This document shows positions 35,358-46,300 of a stretch of DNA of 64,000 nucleotides, in pieces (the first letter of the stretch is position 1; every line of letters starts with the position of its first letter). This DNA is from Phoronis australis (taxonomy: Eukaryota > Animalia > Phoronida). A program made the translations under genes and the position numbers. Under the pieces are notes generated by a model. That model did no database searches. It saw nothing but the letters and a program-made list of their open reading frames with translations, and was not told where the DNA came from. The stretch is from contig NMRA01000110.1 of the NCBI GenBank assembly GCA_002633005.1, positions 209,850 to 273,849 of the forward strand. The letters run 5' to 3'.

Positions 35358-35908
35358 NNNNNNNNNNNNNNNNNNNNNNNNNNNNNNNNNNNNNNNNNNN
35401 NNNNNNNNNNNNNNNNNNNNNNNNNNNNNNNNNNNNNNNNNNNNNNNNNNNNNNNNNNNNNNNNNNNNNNNNNNNNNNNNNNNNNNNNNNNNNNNNNNNN
35501 NNNNNNNNNNNNNNNNNNNNNNNNNNNNNNNNNNNNNNNNNNNNNNNNNNNNNNNNNNNNNNNNNNNNNNNNNNNNNNNNNNNNNNNNNNNNNNNNNNNN
35601 NNNNNNNNNNNNNNNNNNNNNNNNNNNNNNNNNNNNNNNNNNNNNNNNNNNNNNNNNNNNNNNNNNNNNNNNNNNNNNNNNNNNNNNNNNNNNNNNNNNN
35701 NNNNNNNNNNNNNNNNNNNNNNNNNNNNNNNNNNNNNNNNNNNNNNNNNNNNNNNNNNNNNNNNNNNNNNNNNNNNNNNNNNNNNNNNNNNNNNNNNNNN
35801 NNNNNNNNNNNNNNNNNNNNNNNNNNNNNNNNNNNNNNNNNNNNNNNNNNNNNNNNNNNNNNNNNNNNNNNNNNNNNNNNNNNNNNNNNNNNNNNNNNNN
35901 NNNNNNNN
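35358..35908. other. Assembly gap (551 N)
   Basis: Run of n. Confidence 1.
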
Positions 35909-36099
35909 GCAGTTGTGATTGTCCCCCCTTTATAGAATGTCCTAGCTGCATGTGTTTGAATGCCAGCATATGGGCGCGTTATTCGGTGGAATACTGGGAA
36001 GTTTCATTCAAATAAACGCAAGACTGACAATTTCTTCAGGGGAACAATGGTTACTTTCACAGTGAGTTTTGTATGTCTCTTGTCAGCGTTTGAGAGCAA

Positions 36100-39093
36100 C
36101 TCAAAATGATCATGTGGCAAAGTACGGATATTTCTTAATAATCTGCACATACTGGCTCTTTTTGAATGTTATGCACTTTTTCAGGTAACATACTGCTTTT
36201 TCATGGAAAATGTCACATGACTGTGAACACCCCCTGGTGAACACAAGAATTGACCCAAAGAACCTGAGATTTTGTCAAGTGGTTCCAGAGATATGACTGC
36301 ATGCAATTTATACTATTTATAGGCTAAATTTTGACCTAATTATGCATGCAAATCAGGGTTAACGAGGTCAATTAATTCCTCTATATTAGGATCAAAAACG
36401 CACCTCTAAATTGTCATGTGCACCTAAAATGGCTATTGTAGATAAACTTGCACACTCTTACGCTTAGCGCCTGGACTATAAATGCCGAGAATAGTTCGCT
36501 TACAAGGAAAACACGCATTTTTAAAGCATACAGTTATTTTTCACCGCTGCTTCTTCAGTCTTGTTCAAAGTGACTTGCACCGGGATCAAAGCGAACGCAG
36601 CAGTGCATGTGGAGAATTTCTCGATTACACTGGTCACAGCTCTGGTTCCCTAAGCCCCAAACAACTTTTGCAATGGCTATTCAACACGCCCTTTGTATTG
36701 ATGTAGTTCTGCGCTAATGTGGAATGTAATAACTAGCACTAATTTCTTAACAAATTGTGATTGTTACTACACTGGAATTGGTTTTCTCTGGCATTTGCAA
36801 TGTTTTTTTTTGCGGATAATACTTCAGGAATCAAGGAAAATGCTTGATTTTTAGAGAAAAAAACAGAAAAGCCATGTTAAACAACATATCACAGTGCTAC
36901 CAAAGACGCTCTACGGTCTCTGGTGCTACTTTTCGTAGCCCCGTGAGAGAGTGTACTACGAGGTGTCGCTAGTAGATAATGACGTCACGGCTTATGCGTA
37001 AGATCACACATTTCGTTCGTTGAAAATATACGGAGTTAGCGGTCCATGTACTATAGTCTGTGGTCTCAACAAGAGCCGTTTTCTGAGTTTACTGAAGTTA
37101 AAATTTGCCCTGTGTTTGGAAGTTTTTCCTTACATTTTGCCACTTTCTTGAGATTATTCTGATCTTACCATCTTACCTATCAGACTAGCTATCTGGCTTA
37201 CTTTTTCCTTGGCGGTTAGGATATTAAGCCGTCTGCCATAACACATCTGTCGTTCAGTAACTTTTCCAGACGTGAGGGGTGCTGAACGTGGGATAACATC
37301 TGGCTCTTTTGTTAACTGCCCAGCTCAGTCTTTTGTCCCGTATGATAACAAGCAGGCCAATTATCTCCCAGGCTTCAAAGGAAACGTATGGTGGTTGCAC
37401 GCTATTACCGAACGTGTATGAACACAGTCAAACCCAGTGCCCCGTTTGGACAGAATAGATTGTCTTCACTTCTGTTGTAGTTGGGCAATTTTGGTGATTC
37501 AAAAACGAAACATGATCACCATTTGACAAGGAATTCAGAAATTCTGTTGGTTTAAGCTCAAATATGCTATAACTTAACTTTATTTTTTAATACCACAGCC
37601 CAGTCAGCCGACTTCTGATCGGAGATTAGAGCAATTATCGAACAAAAGAGCGCAGGTCCCCCCAACCATAAATGCCAGAATGGAGTTAATCAGTCGTGTA
37701 AGATAAACTTCCCAACTTGTTGTTTTGCTATAGAATTGAACAAGTTGGGAGCAAAGGGATGTCGCCGTCATGACGGCGAAATTGGAATTACATAATAAAT
37801 CGAAATGCGCTTAGGCATGTCGATATCGAAATCGTTTGCTCCTGCATCGAGTTCGATTATAATTCGATTAATCGTCGCACCCTTATCAAAAGGCATTAGT
37901 TAATTTGAACAAGTCGATCGTTGCATGCGCCCCAGAATATGTTTAGCTAAAAGCGTTGAAAGCGAAGTTCCATGGCCTACCGACTGGAGTATGAATTGAG
38001 TCAATTTCAAACCAAAGAAGCAATATTCAAGCTCTGATGGCATAATGTCATGACCCACCACCAGTTTCCGAACACTTTCTTGCTATTTTCAGAAAATCTT
38101 TTATTGTTGAATACTTGTCTTTGACTAAAGCGCAATGCTAAGCGGGTCGGGCGGTGATGGTACATTTGACATTGATTGCACTTGGATGAAAAAGTGACGC
38201 CTTGACAATTAACCCACAACGAATTTGATGAATATCAAACTCTGGTACTGATTTCACACAGAATCAAATAGGTTTGGTGTCGTTTTAACTCCATATTCTG
38301 AAGATTTTGGCGAAAATTAGTCCAGTTCTTCATTGGAAACTTCTTTACCTGTCGAGAAATTCAAACATTTATTGAATGAATCATTGCAGAATCATAATGG
38401 TGAGTCCGTGCACGCATCGGAGCCGGAGGCTGGCCGTAGGCAATACAACAAAGGACAAATAACTCTCTGGAGACGGTGTGAGAGAGCGGCGAAATATCTG
38501 GCTGAGTTGACGACACTTTTTTTAGGAACCTCTTCCTGAGTTTGACCGTTCTGCCGTCTTAATTTATGTCAACGTTAAAGGCTATGACGTACAAAATTTG
38601 GTTGAGAGAACCAGTCATGCGGCAAACTACAGTGACCTCCACACAATTACTAACAGGAGTCAACGCCATGCAGGAGAAAACATGACTTCAAACAACGTAA
38701 AACCAAATGGTCGCAAAATACTTGTATTTATGCTTATAATACACAGAACTACACTTCAAAATGTAAAAGTTCTGCAAATGCTCCACGCCATATAAATTCA
38801 TTATTCCCCCAACCGGTGCTTTAATTGTAGTAGAGGCCCAAGTGAACTTTCAGTCCTCTGGTGAGGGGGCGCAACACAAAAGGCGTCGCCACCAGGATGG
38901 TCTTTTCTCGTTCTTTGTTCGTGACGGAGACTTATTCTTACGATTTTTCTTTTGTTTCAGATACCCGTGATCGTCATCAGTATATTCTTTTCTCACGCTA
39001 ACGCTATTGACAGGGGAGAGGTGGCCCATGCTGTAACCTCTGTCACCAGTAAGGTCATCGACACCTCCCTCGTTGCCATAAGAAGCATCGACA
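36100..39093 (+). repeat. Copy B of the duplication
   Basis: Matches 31750-35357 except that ~660 bp is replaced by a ~65-bp patch at 36803-36870. Confidence 0.95.
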
Positions 39094-39659
39094 TTGTCTC
39101 CATTGATAACGTCAGTTGCAAGTCCGTAGTTGTCATCTGTGCCATGATATTCCCACACTTTATTCGTAAAAGAACTTCCAGATTCAGTTTCAATATTTGT
39201 ATCGTGCCCTGTGTCACCATTTCCAAAAAGAGTATCATGTCTTGGGACACCAGGCGCAGTATCCTGCAGAGGATCACCATTTCCATACGCAGTATCATGT
39301 TCAGGGACAACATTAATTCCATACGGAGTATTTTCCTTGGGATCACCTTGTTCATGTGGAATGCCGTTGTCATGATCACCCTTGCCATACGGAGTATATT
39401 GGTGGGTCTCACCGTTTTTATATGAAATGTCGTTGTCGGGATCACCCTTTCTATACTGAGTATCACTGTGAAGTCCGCTTTTTATGTACGGAGTATCATG
39501 CCATGGACCAATATTTCCTTTAGAAGTGTTAAGCTCTGGGTCACCATTATCACATGCTGCCTCTTGTATAGAATCACGCTTGTCCTGTGAAGCGTCAGAC
39601 ACATGGGCCCGGTCTCCAATCTTTTTACTCGAAATGGAACTCGAAATTAGGTTTGGCAT
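38850..39659 (-). CDS. Orphan 269-aa acidic, likely disordered protein with ~11 copies of an 11-aa repeat (xNGDPxHDTPY) and a basic C-terminus ending WWRRLLCCAPSPED
   Basis: 810-nt ORF; repeat is more regular at the protein level than at the DNA level; ATTAAA on the minus strand ~25 nt after the stop. No family recognised. Confidence 0.6.
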   Translation of the reverse strand: MPNLISSSISSKKIGDRAHVSDASQDKRDSIQEAACDNGDPELNTSKGNIGPWHDTPYIKSGLHSDTQYRKGDPDNDISYKNGETHQYTPYGKGDHDNGIPHEQGDPKENTPYGINVVPEHDTAYGNGDPLQDTAPGVPRHDTLFGNGDTGHDTNIETESGSSFTNKVWEYHGTDDNYGLATDVINGDNVDASYGNEGGVDDLTGDRGYSMGHLSPVNSVSVRKEYTDDDHGYLKQKKNRKNKSPSRTKNEKRPSWWRRLLCCAPSPED

Positions 39660-39704
39660 TTTCTACTCTACTTTTGGACGAAATCAAGATAAGTGTCTAT
39701 TATT

Positions 39705-40295
39705 CTATGCTCGAGTACTCAAAAACTTACGTAGATAATTTATTGCCTTTAGTTCACAGTTNGTCGCGTCAGAAATGCATTCCAGTCCTTGAACTGCAAG
39801 TATACCTTCTGTTCTCTCGTTACATTTTGCCTGCAGTTGCATGATGCCAACCTCGTTGGCAATTTCACTATTTTCATTGAAGTTGTTCTTCTGATGCAAT
39901 GCGCTTTTGCTACCTACTGTAGCAGTAGGAAGAATAAAACATGTGTTGGAATTTGTTTCTGAATTGATGGTCGCAGCTTCTGTATTTTCCTGATGCCCGC
40001 CTGGTGTTTCTGTGACGTCGTCCAGAATGTTTTCAATATATTCATAGTGAACCGTTTCTGTCTGTCCCTTTTCATCTACTTTAGTCAAAACGATACTTGA
40101 ATCTTCATATTCCTCGCTCAAGTCATCATCTTCAATATCTCCCAGCATGACGGAAATTATTTCTGTTGTAATGTCTAAGAGATTCTTTGTGATTGATAGT
40201 ATATGTCGCTTGATAATATTCACAAACGTTGATATATACGCCATTAGAAAGACCATCAAGTCTGCTAATACCCTGATGGGTACTGCCATATTCAA
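39705..40295 (-). CDS. Orphan 196-aa ORF with hydrophobic N-terminus and acidic region, in frame with the downstream ORF
   Basis: 591-nt ORF (one n at 39762); MAVPIRVLADLMVFLMAYISTFVNII hydrophobic segment; GTAAGT donor-like site at 39730-39725 on the minus strand. Confidence 0.5.
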   Translation of the reverse strand: MNMAVPIRVLADLMVFLMAYISTFVNIIKRHILSITKNLLDITTEIISVMLGDIEDDDLSEEYEDSSIVLTKVDEKGQTETVHYEYIENILDDVTETPGGHQENTEAATINSETNSNTCFILPTATVGSKSALHQKNNFNENSEIANEVGIMQLQAKCNERTEGILAVQGLECISDAXNCELKAINYLRKFLSTRA

Positions 40296-41515
40296 ATATG
40301 AATAATGTCGTCATCAATACGTTGACGTCACACACGCAATACACATTAATGAACTCGATAGTGTGGAGCCATTTTTTGCGACAATGGCGAAATTTTATAC
40401 TAGTAGACGTAATGTTCAAAGAATCCACACTTTTCGTTTTAGGCGCTGTGTTTGGAAAATAAAGTGACTGCGCTTTTGACTGCATGCAAACAGCAACATA
40501 TATAAGATAATGTTAAATTATGCATTCCGTTTCATGGCGATACAAAACCTTATACATTATTAGGAAATACACTCGTATTGCCGTCCTAAGGCAATGATTG
40601 TGCCAGCCTAAGTTGAATTCTGTTCTTTATCGTTGTGGCAACTTTTAGGTAAATAATCTGTCGTGAAATGCAACATTCCACCCGTTTAGAACACAGAATT
40701 GAATAGTTTCATGAATCGAGAGAATATACTAAAATTTCTTTAAAAAAAACAGTACTGCACTTCTTGTTACTGGCAACTCACAGTCGTGAAATAAATCAAG
40801 TACCATTCAACATTCCGGCCAACCCGCGATCGAGAACGCCCGAAATTTGGCGCGAGTAGCGAAGCCAGACAAGGTGTGTAAGTTTGATGAATTTTCGTTG
40901 TTTTTACTTTCAACGTGAAAACAGAGACACGAGTTCAAGGCGTAACACATTGAAGAAGGACAGGTAGAGGCTTGGCTATTGTCTGTTCCAATTATTGGAG
41001 AAAAGTTAAGTTAACCGATGCCATTGCATGAGCGGAAGGTGATTTATACGTCATTTTGGTAAACTGCAGTCATTCCTGGCATTCTTGGTATAGATCAATA
41101 AATTTGTCATGAATTTATGAAGAAGTGACGTCTGAAATTATAACGCAACGCTTGTTTTTCGTATTCTTGTCAGGATCTCTGAATTTCCAACTGTTTTCTG
41201 TTGAAAGAAGCGATCGAGAACGCAATGATAAGCAATCGGGAACGCATCGTGGTGTGTAGAACAATTATTAGCTTTTTGTTTAGAAAACGTGAAGAAGGTT
41301 ACCAAATAAGATTGGTACATGTTGCCTCATTACTGTGTTACTGCCGTATCAAAACTAAACAATATAGCGTATTACCATTAAAGCGCCTTGAGCACTGCAT
41401 GTACATCAAGTATACTATTTTAGTTATAAATATTTTCATAAATGATTTTATTAACATTTTAGGAAACAAGTTCGCTGAAATTATTGTGAGGCGAGCTTCA
41501 ACGAACATGTTATTC

Positions 41516-42514
41516 CATAGGCGGATTCAGGGGGGGCCCAGGGGGTTCCGGCCCCCCTCCCTTGGCTGCCGGAAAAAAATAAAACAGCAAGAGCGTAGGG
41601 AAATGTTGAGTTAATTAATTGACCCCGGTAATTAACATTATACGGCAGATTTTAATGTGTGCAGTTTTAGTGTGTTTGGGGGGGGGGAAGCTCAGATCCA
41701 ATTTCAAGTGTCAAATTCGGAACACGGCTCAATAGTAACAAAACTATTGCTAAGTATAGGCTCTCCCGCGATATCCCAAGCGACCGGCAGTGGCGATGCG
41801 CACTACGACTCCGTTTCCGTCGTCTTCTTCACTGTGCAATGAAGAAAATTACTTAATTTTTTTTAAAGAAAATGGAATCTGAGTGACGATGAAAAACAGA
41901 AGCTGCTGGTAAGATGTGAATTTTAATCGAAGCCTCAGTGAATCACTCAGAAACTCATAATTATCTCTTTGTCAAACCTTAACTTCCAAAGCAATCACGT
42001 CATTAGTGCCAACGCAAAAAACGGATTTGGTCTTTTGGGCAATTGAAGACAATTTTAAATACAACAAATTTGTTACGAACTGATTGCACAAAGTATAAAA
42101 CGTGTAATAAGCATTACAAAAAGAAGTAGGTTTCGCGCGCAAACGCTGTGGACCATTAACAAGTAGGTCTCTTATCATCAAATTTTGAGTGAAGTCGTGG
42201 TGGTGTTGTGGTAAAGTACACTGTCTCGCTCTTACCGCCAGGTCGTGACTTCGAGTCTGTGATAATTATAGTTTTTCATGTTTGACACGTTCGTCGTGTT
42301 TTTTTTTCTTTTTCTTTTTCTTTGCCTTTTTGGATAATACTTCAGGAATCAAGGAAAATGCTTGATTTTTAGAGGAAAAAACAGAAAAATATTCCTGGGC
42401 GGGAGAGGGGCGAACCCCCCTCCCTACCTCCCCCCATGCGCATCTAATCGTGCTTTGCACAAATATTTTCAGACAACATGTTGCCCCCCCTTGTGATATC
42501 CTTGATCCGCCACT
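41516..42514 (+). mobile_element. ~1-kb non-autonomous element, copy 2
   Basis: Starts cataggcggattcagggggg, ends tccttgatccgccactg; homologous to 29480-30442, with a degenerate A/B box at ~42195-42260. Confidence 0.8.
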
Positions 42515-42589
42515 GCCCCATATCCGATGTTCCCCGGGTTACCCGTCAAAAATCTGCGATCACGCCTGCGGAAATTGATTATATCATTC

Positions 42590-43370
42590 CGTTTTGATAA
42601 ACAAATTGGTTGGTTTCTGATTTACATGTTTATGTATCTACGAAAATTGACAGGTTAATAAATGATTTTTGGAAATTGAAAGCTAATATTTTAAGAACTG
42701 GTGATTTTCAGTGAATTTAGTTGAAGCCTGAATATGGAAAAATTCTATAATCATTAATCAGATCCCCAAATAGTAAAGTGCACTTGAACGCTTCTTGCCT
42801 ATCTAAAATAACTCTCAAAGACATTGATGAAATTTGGACAATTCCCAAAAATTTCATCACAATTCAAATGAAAATAAATGCATTTCTTTTTGACTTCGGT
42901 ACAAGATTTGTCATTTTAAACTCACTAACAGGAGATTAAAAAGGAATTAAGTCGTTAAATCGAGGTAAACGCATTGCTCATGGATTCGATTTTTGGTTTC
43001 TGAATTACATGTTTATGTATCTACGAAAGTGGATTGATTGAGAGATGATTTTTTTACAATTAGAAGCTAATATTGTAAGAAATGACAATGCTTCAACAAA
43101 CTTAGTTTCGAGCTGACATTGGGAAAATTCGATCCCAGATACATGAAATAGCAAAGTACACTAAACGATTTGATTCGTCTATCTGGAATAAGTCTCAAAG
43201 GTATCGATTAATGTCGGACAGCTCTACAAAGTGTCCTAAAATGTTCTCACAATTCAAATGACAATAAATTGTTTATTGACTTAGGAAATAGATTAGTAGG
43301 TTTGATTTCACAAACCGGTGATCGAAAAAGAAGTTTAAGTACTTAAATAAATAATATTAAACTTAATGCT
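42590..43370 (+). repeat. Old ~380-bp tandem duplication (2 copies)
   Basis: ggtttctga(t/a)ttacatgtttatgtatctacgaaa at ~42612 and ~42995; cacaattcaaatga(a/c)aataaat at ~42858 and ~43248. Confidence 0.8.
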
Positions 43371-46300
43371 CATCAACTTGAAAAGGTTCTCTTTGCACTT
43401 CCTTAATGTTGTTGTTTTCCAATAGTATTGCGCAATGAATTTTCTTCCAAAACTGAATCATTTGCTTTCCATTCATGTGCTGACTACGCTCATTACTGAC
43501 GCACCCACGACAAAAATAAGGTGTAACCATGCAATGGGCCTGCGCAGAATCTCAGTTATCCACGGGAGCTAACTCCAGATGTTGAAGTTTGGGACCCCAT
43601 ATCATCTCCTCTAGCTACAAGAAACAGGACTAACGGCTGTGTTTCATCAAGGGATTTTGAAACGGCCACAAAGGCACTCATACCAGAGACCTTGGGACCT
43701 CACCTTTCCAAAAAAATTCCTTCAAAGAATAGCCATGATAAAATGAACTTTTCCCGAAACTTGATCTTACCAAAACGAATCTTGACCTCAGAGCAAGCGA
43801 AGAGGAATACATGTAGGTACGAGCTACACTGCCTGTCTCAAGTGAATCATAGCTGAGCTGACCAGCGACTAGCTCTAGTTCATCGAATTCACTGTTGGAT
43901 CCCAGCTACCTGTCAGTGCGCTGGCCCTAAACCCATTCTTACTCTTAGAAACCTTAGAAACTTTGTTGGTTCACGGTTACTCAAATCCTGATGGCCGCTG
44001 CATCTCAGGTATTAGGCCTACCCCCCAACCCACCTATGGCGGACGTGGGTGGTCGGAACAAATACGGTGACATCCAGAGAGCGGGAGGGGGGGGGGGCGA
44101 TAGGAAGGAGGTAGGTTGGCGAAGTCGATTTGGTTTGAGCCCCTCCCCCCACTCCCCAATAATTTTTGCCTACCTACGGGCTGAGAAAGTCCCACTTTTC
44201 AATAAAGTTGTCCAGTTTTTCTCAGTCTCAAACGTTAACGACTACGGAACAAGTGCTCATTTATCTCCTTGTCATGAATATTGCTATTTTCCAGATTCCA
44301 CTTTCTTAGTGACATAACTATAGTAAAAATGTTTTCCAATGTCTCCTGTTTACGGTAACAGACACTGCATCTATCAGAATCTCTAATTTTTACTTTCTCA
44401 AAAATGAGTTTGTTTACTAAGGCTACTAAGTTAAGCCTTCCACTGCAACCAGTGTAATGATGTATCCACAGTACACTTCAAACCTGCACATTTGATGTGT
44501 GCTCATTTTCATCTATAGGAAAGCGTACATGGAGTAATTAATCATTATTCTGACGATAGTCTTCATACTGCTAGCTGACTGGCTGTATTGGCCAAATCCG
44601 GTTGTATACTTGGTTTGATGCTGTTCCGTGTTTAATTCACTGTATGTCATCAAATTCAGTCGTTGTATCTGACAACGTGGCATTGCGCGGACGAGCGCGA
44701 TGATAATTTGACGTCGGAAAGCAAAGATGCGGATAATTCTCAAAGATCAAATTTTGGCTGCTTTTTCGGCCACGGTTGTACCAATGTGGGAAAGGAGGTA
44801 AAAATCTTTCGGGGTAAATGTACACTCGAGTGTAAACACTTTCATATAATTGGGGCTAAATAAAAACTTTACCCACTGCAATTCATGCAAATCCTTCAAG
44901 GCGAACTTCAAAGGTACAGAAAATTACATCAGAAAACGTAATTGTCACTAGGGGGACAACCGTTGTAGGAAAGTGGTCCTCGTCCTTAGTCACGTTCCTA
45001 TTGAAATACACTCGTCAAATTTAACAAAATTATGTGAAAAGACTGCCACCTGGGGTTGTCCAAAAATTATTGTCGCCTGTGCTCCTCTCTGTTGGAACTA
45101 ATATTCCATTTTCAACGATCCTTAGCGGTTTGCGATAGAGAGATGATGTCAAAAACACAAGAAAATAAAAATTGTCTTTAGGTGGCGTGTATTGTTTCAA
45201 ACCCATCTGATCACGAGATGGTGTCATCTCTTTAATTCGCTGAGCAAGAAATGTCCGGGTCCCAGACTGCAGATGTCCAGGTCCCAGACTGCAAGGAGAA
45301 GCTGGTTTCTGCTCTTATCCTATGTCATTTTAACTGCGCCTGGTTGAACGTCTTTCATACGGAGGTTACAAAGAGGTCAAATAAAATTACTCCTTTTCTG
45401 TGCTAGGCAACAATTCCTAACATATAGATCTCATATGGGTGCCAAACATTTTCTAAGGCAAATGCTTATTTTTCCCTATTGCAAGATTTTTGTCATCTCT
45501 CCTTTTATTACATCGGTGTCAAGCCCTCCTGTTCAAAATGGTCACGTGACCGTTTCAAGTCCAAATGATTGTAATGACTTTCCATGAGATTTCTTTTGAT
45601 TCACTTGCAGATACCATTTGCCATAATAAAGTTAAAAGATTTACACCATGACTTCCATGTTCAAGTGGGATTCATGAAGTACACTTCAACCTCAAACTAG
45701 AGTCGTAGTTTAGAAAATGAAAACCACTCATTTTGCCCTGTTTACAGTTGAAATTATCAAATTACCGCAGCCTACATGCGTTTAACTTATTGGAACTTTT
45801 ATGCAGGGCTTGCTTTTTGAGCAGTGCTGTGTTTAAAAAACAAAACTAGCTGCAGCGTATAAATGCGATCAATGCAGCATTTACGATTTAGACTGGTTTG
45901 AAGGTACATGCAGTCTGGGTCCGAACTAGCCGACAGGAGGCAGCACAGACAGGGTAGACTCTTAACTTATACACTAGGGCCATCAAGAGCAAACCAGACA
46001 GTCTGCTACGAGCGTGCGCCCCAAATTGATTGAGTTGTTTCAAAAGAATTTTGGTTGTGTGGTGACTGGTGTATATTTTGCGCAAACTCCACTACTTGAT
46101 TTGATAATGAAGGCAGCCCGTTGTGGACGTGCCATACAGAGGAGATAAATTTCTCTTGGAGCTAGACATCTGATATGAAAGACAAAAGTAATGATTACAT
46201 CTGGTCGAAATTAGAGAGAAATGTGTCGCAGTACTCGTGAGAGAGAGAGAGAGAGGGAGGGAGGGAGGGAGNTGCGTGTCATAACATTTAGTAATTAATT

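Noticed and set aside
35216-35969. ORFs of 239 and 216 aa
   Set aside because: They run through the N gap.
38952-39844. Overlapping ORFs on the + strand and in an alternative - frame
   Set aside because: Shadows of the repeat-containing 269-aa and 196-aa ORFs; no independent support.
40465-40510. TATA/initiator for the minus-strand orphan ORFs
   Set aside because: TATATAT and GCAGTC are present but at non-canonical spacing in AT-rich sequence; too weak.
28289-44183. Possible giant TIR element (cagggccgtaggaag ... ctacctacgggctg)
   Set aside because: Match is short and gapped, no TSD; more likely fragments of a common small repeat family.
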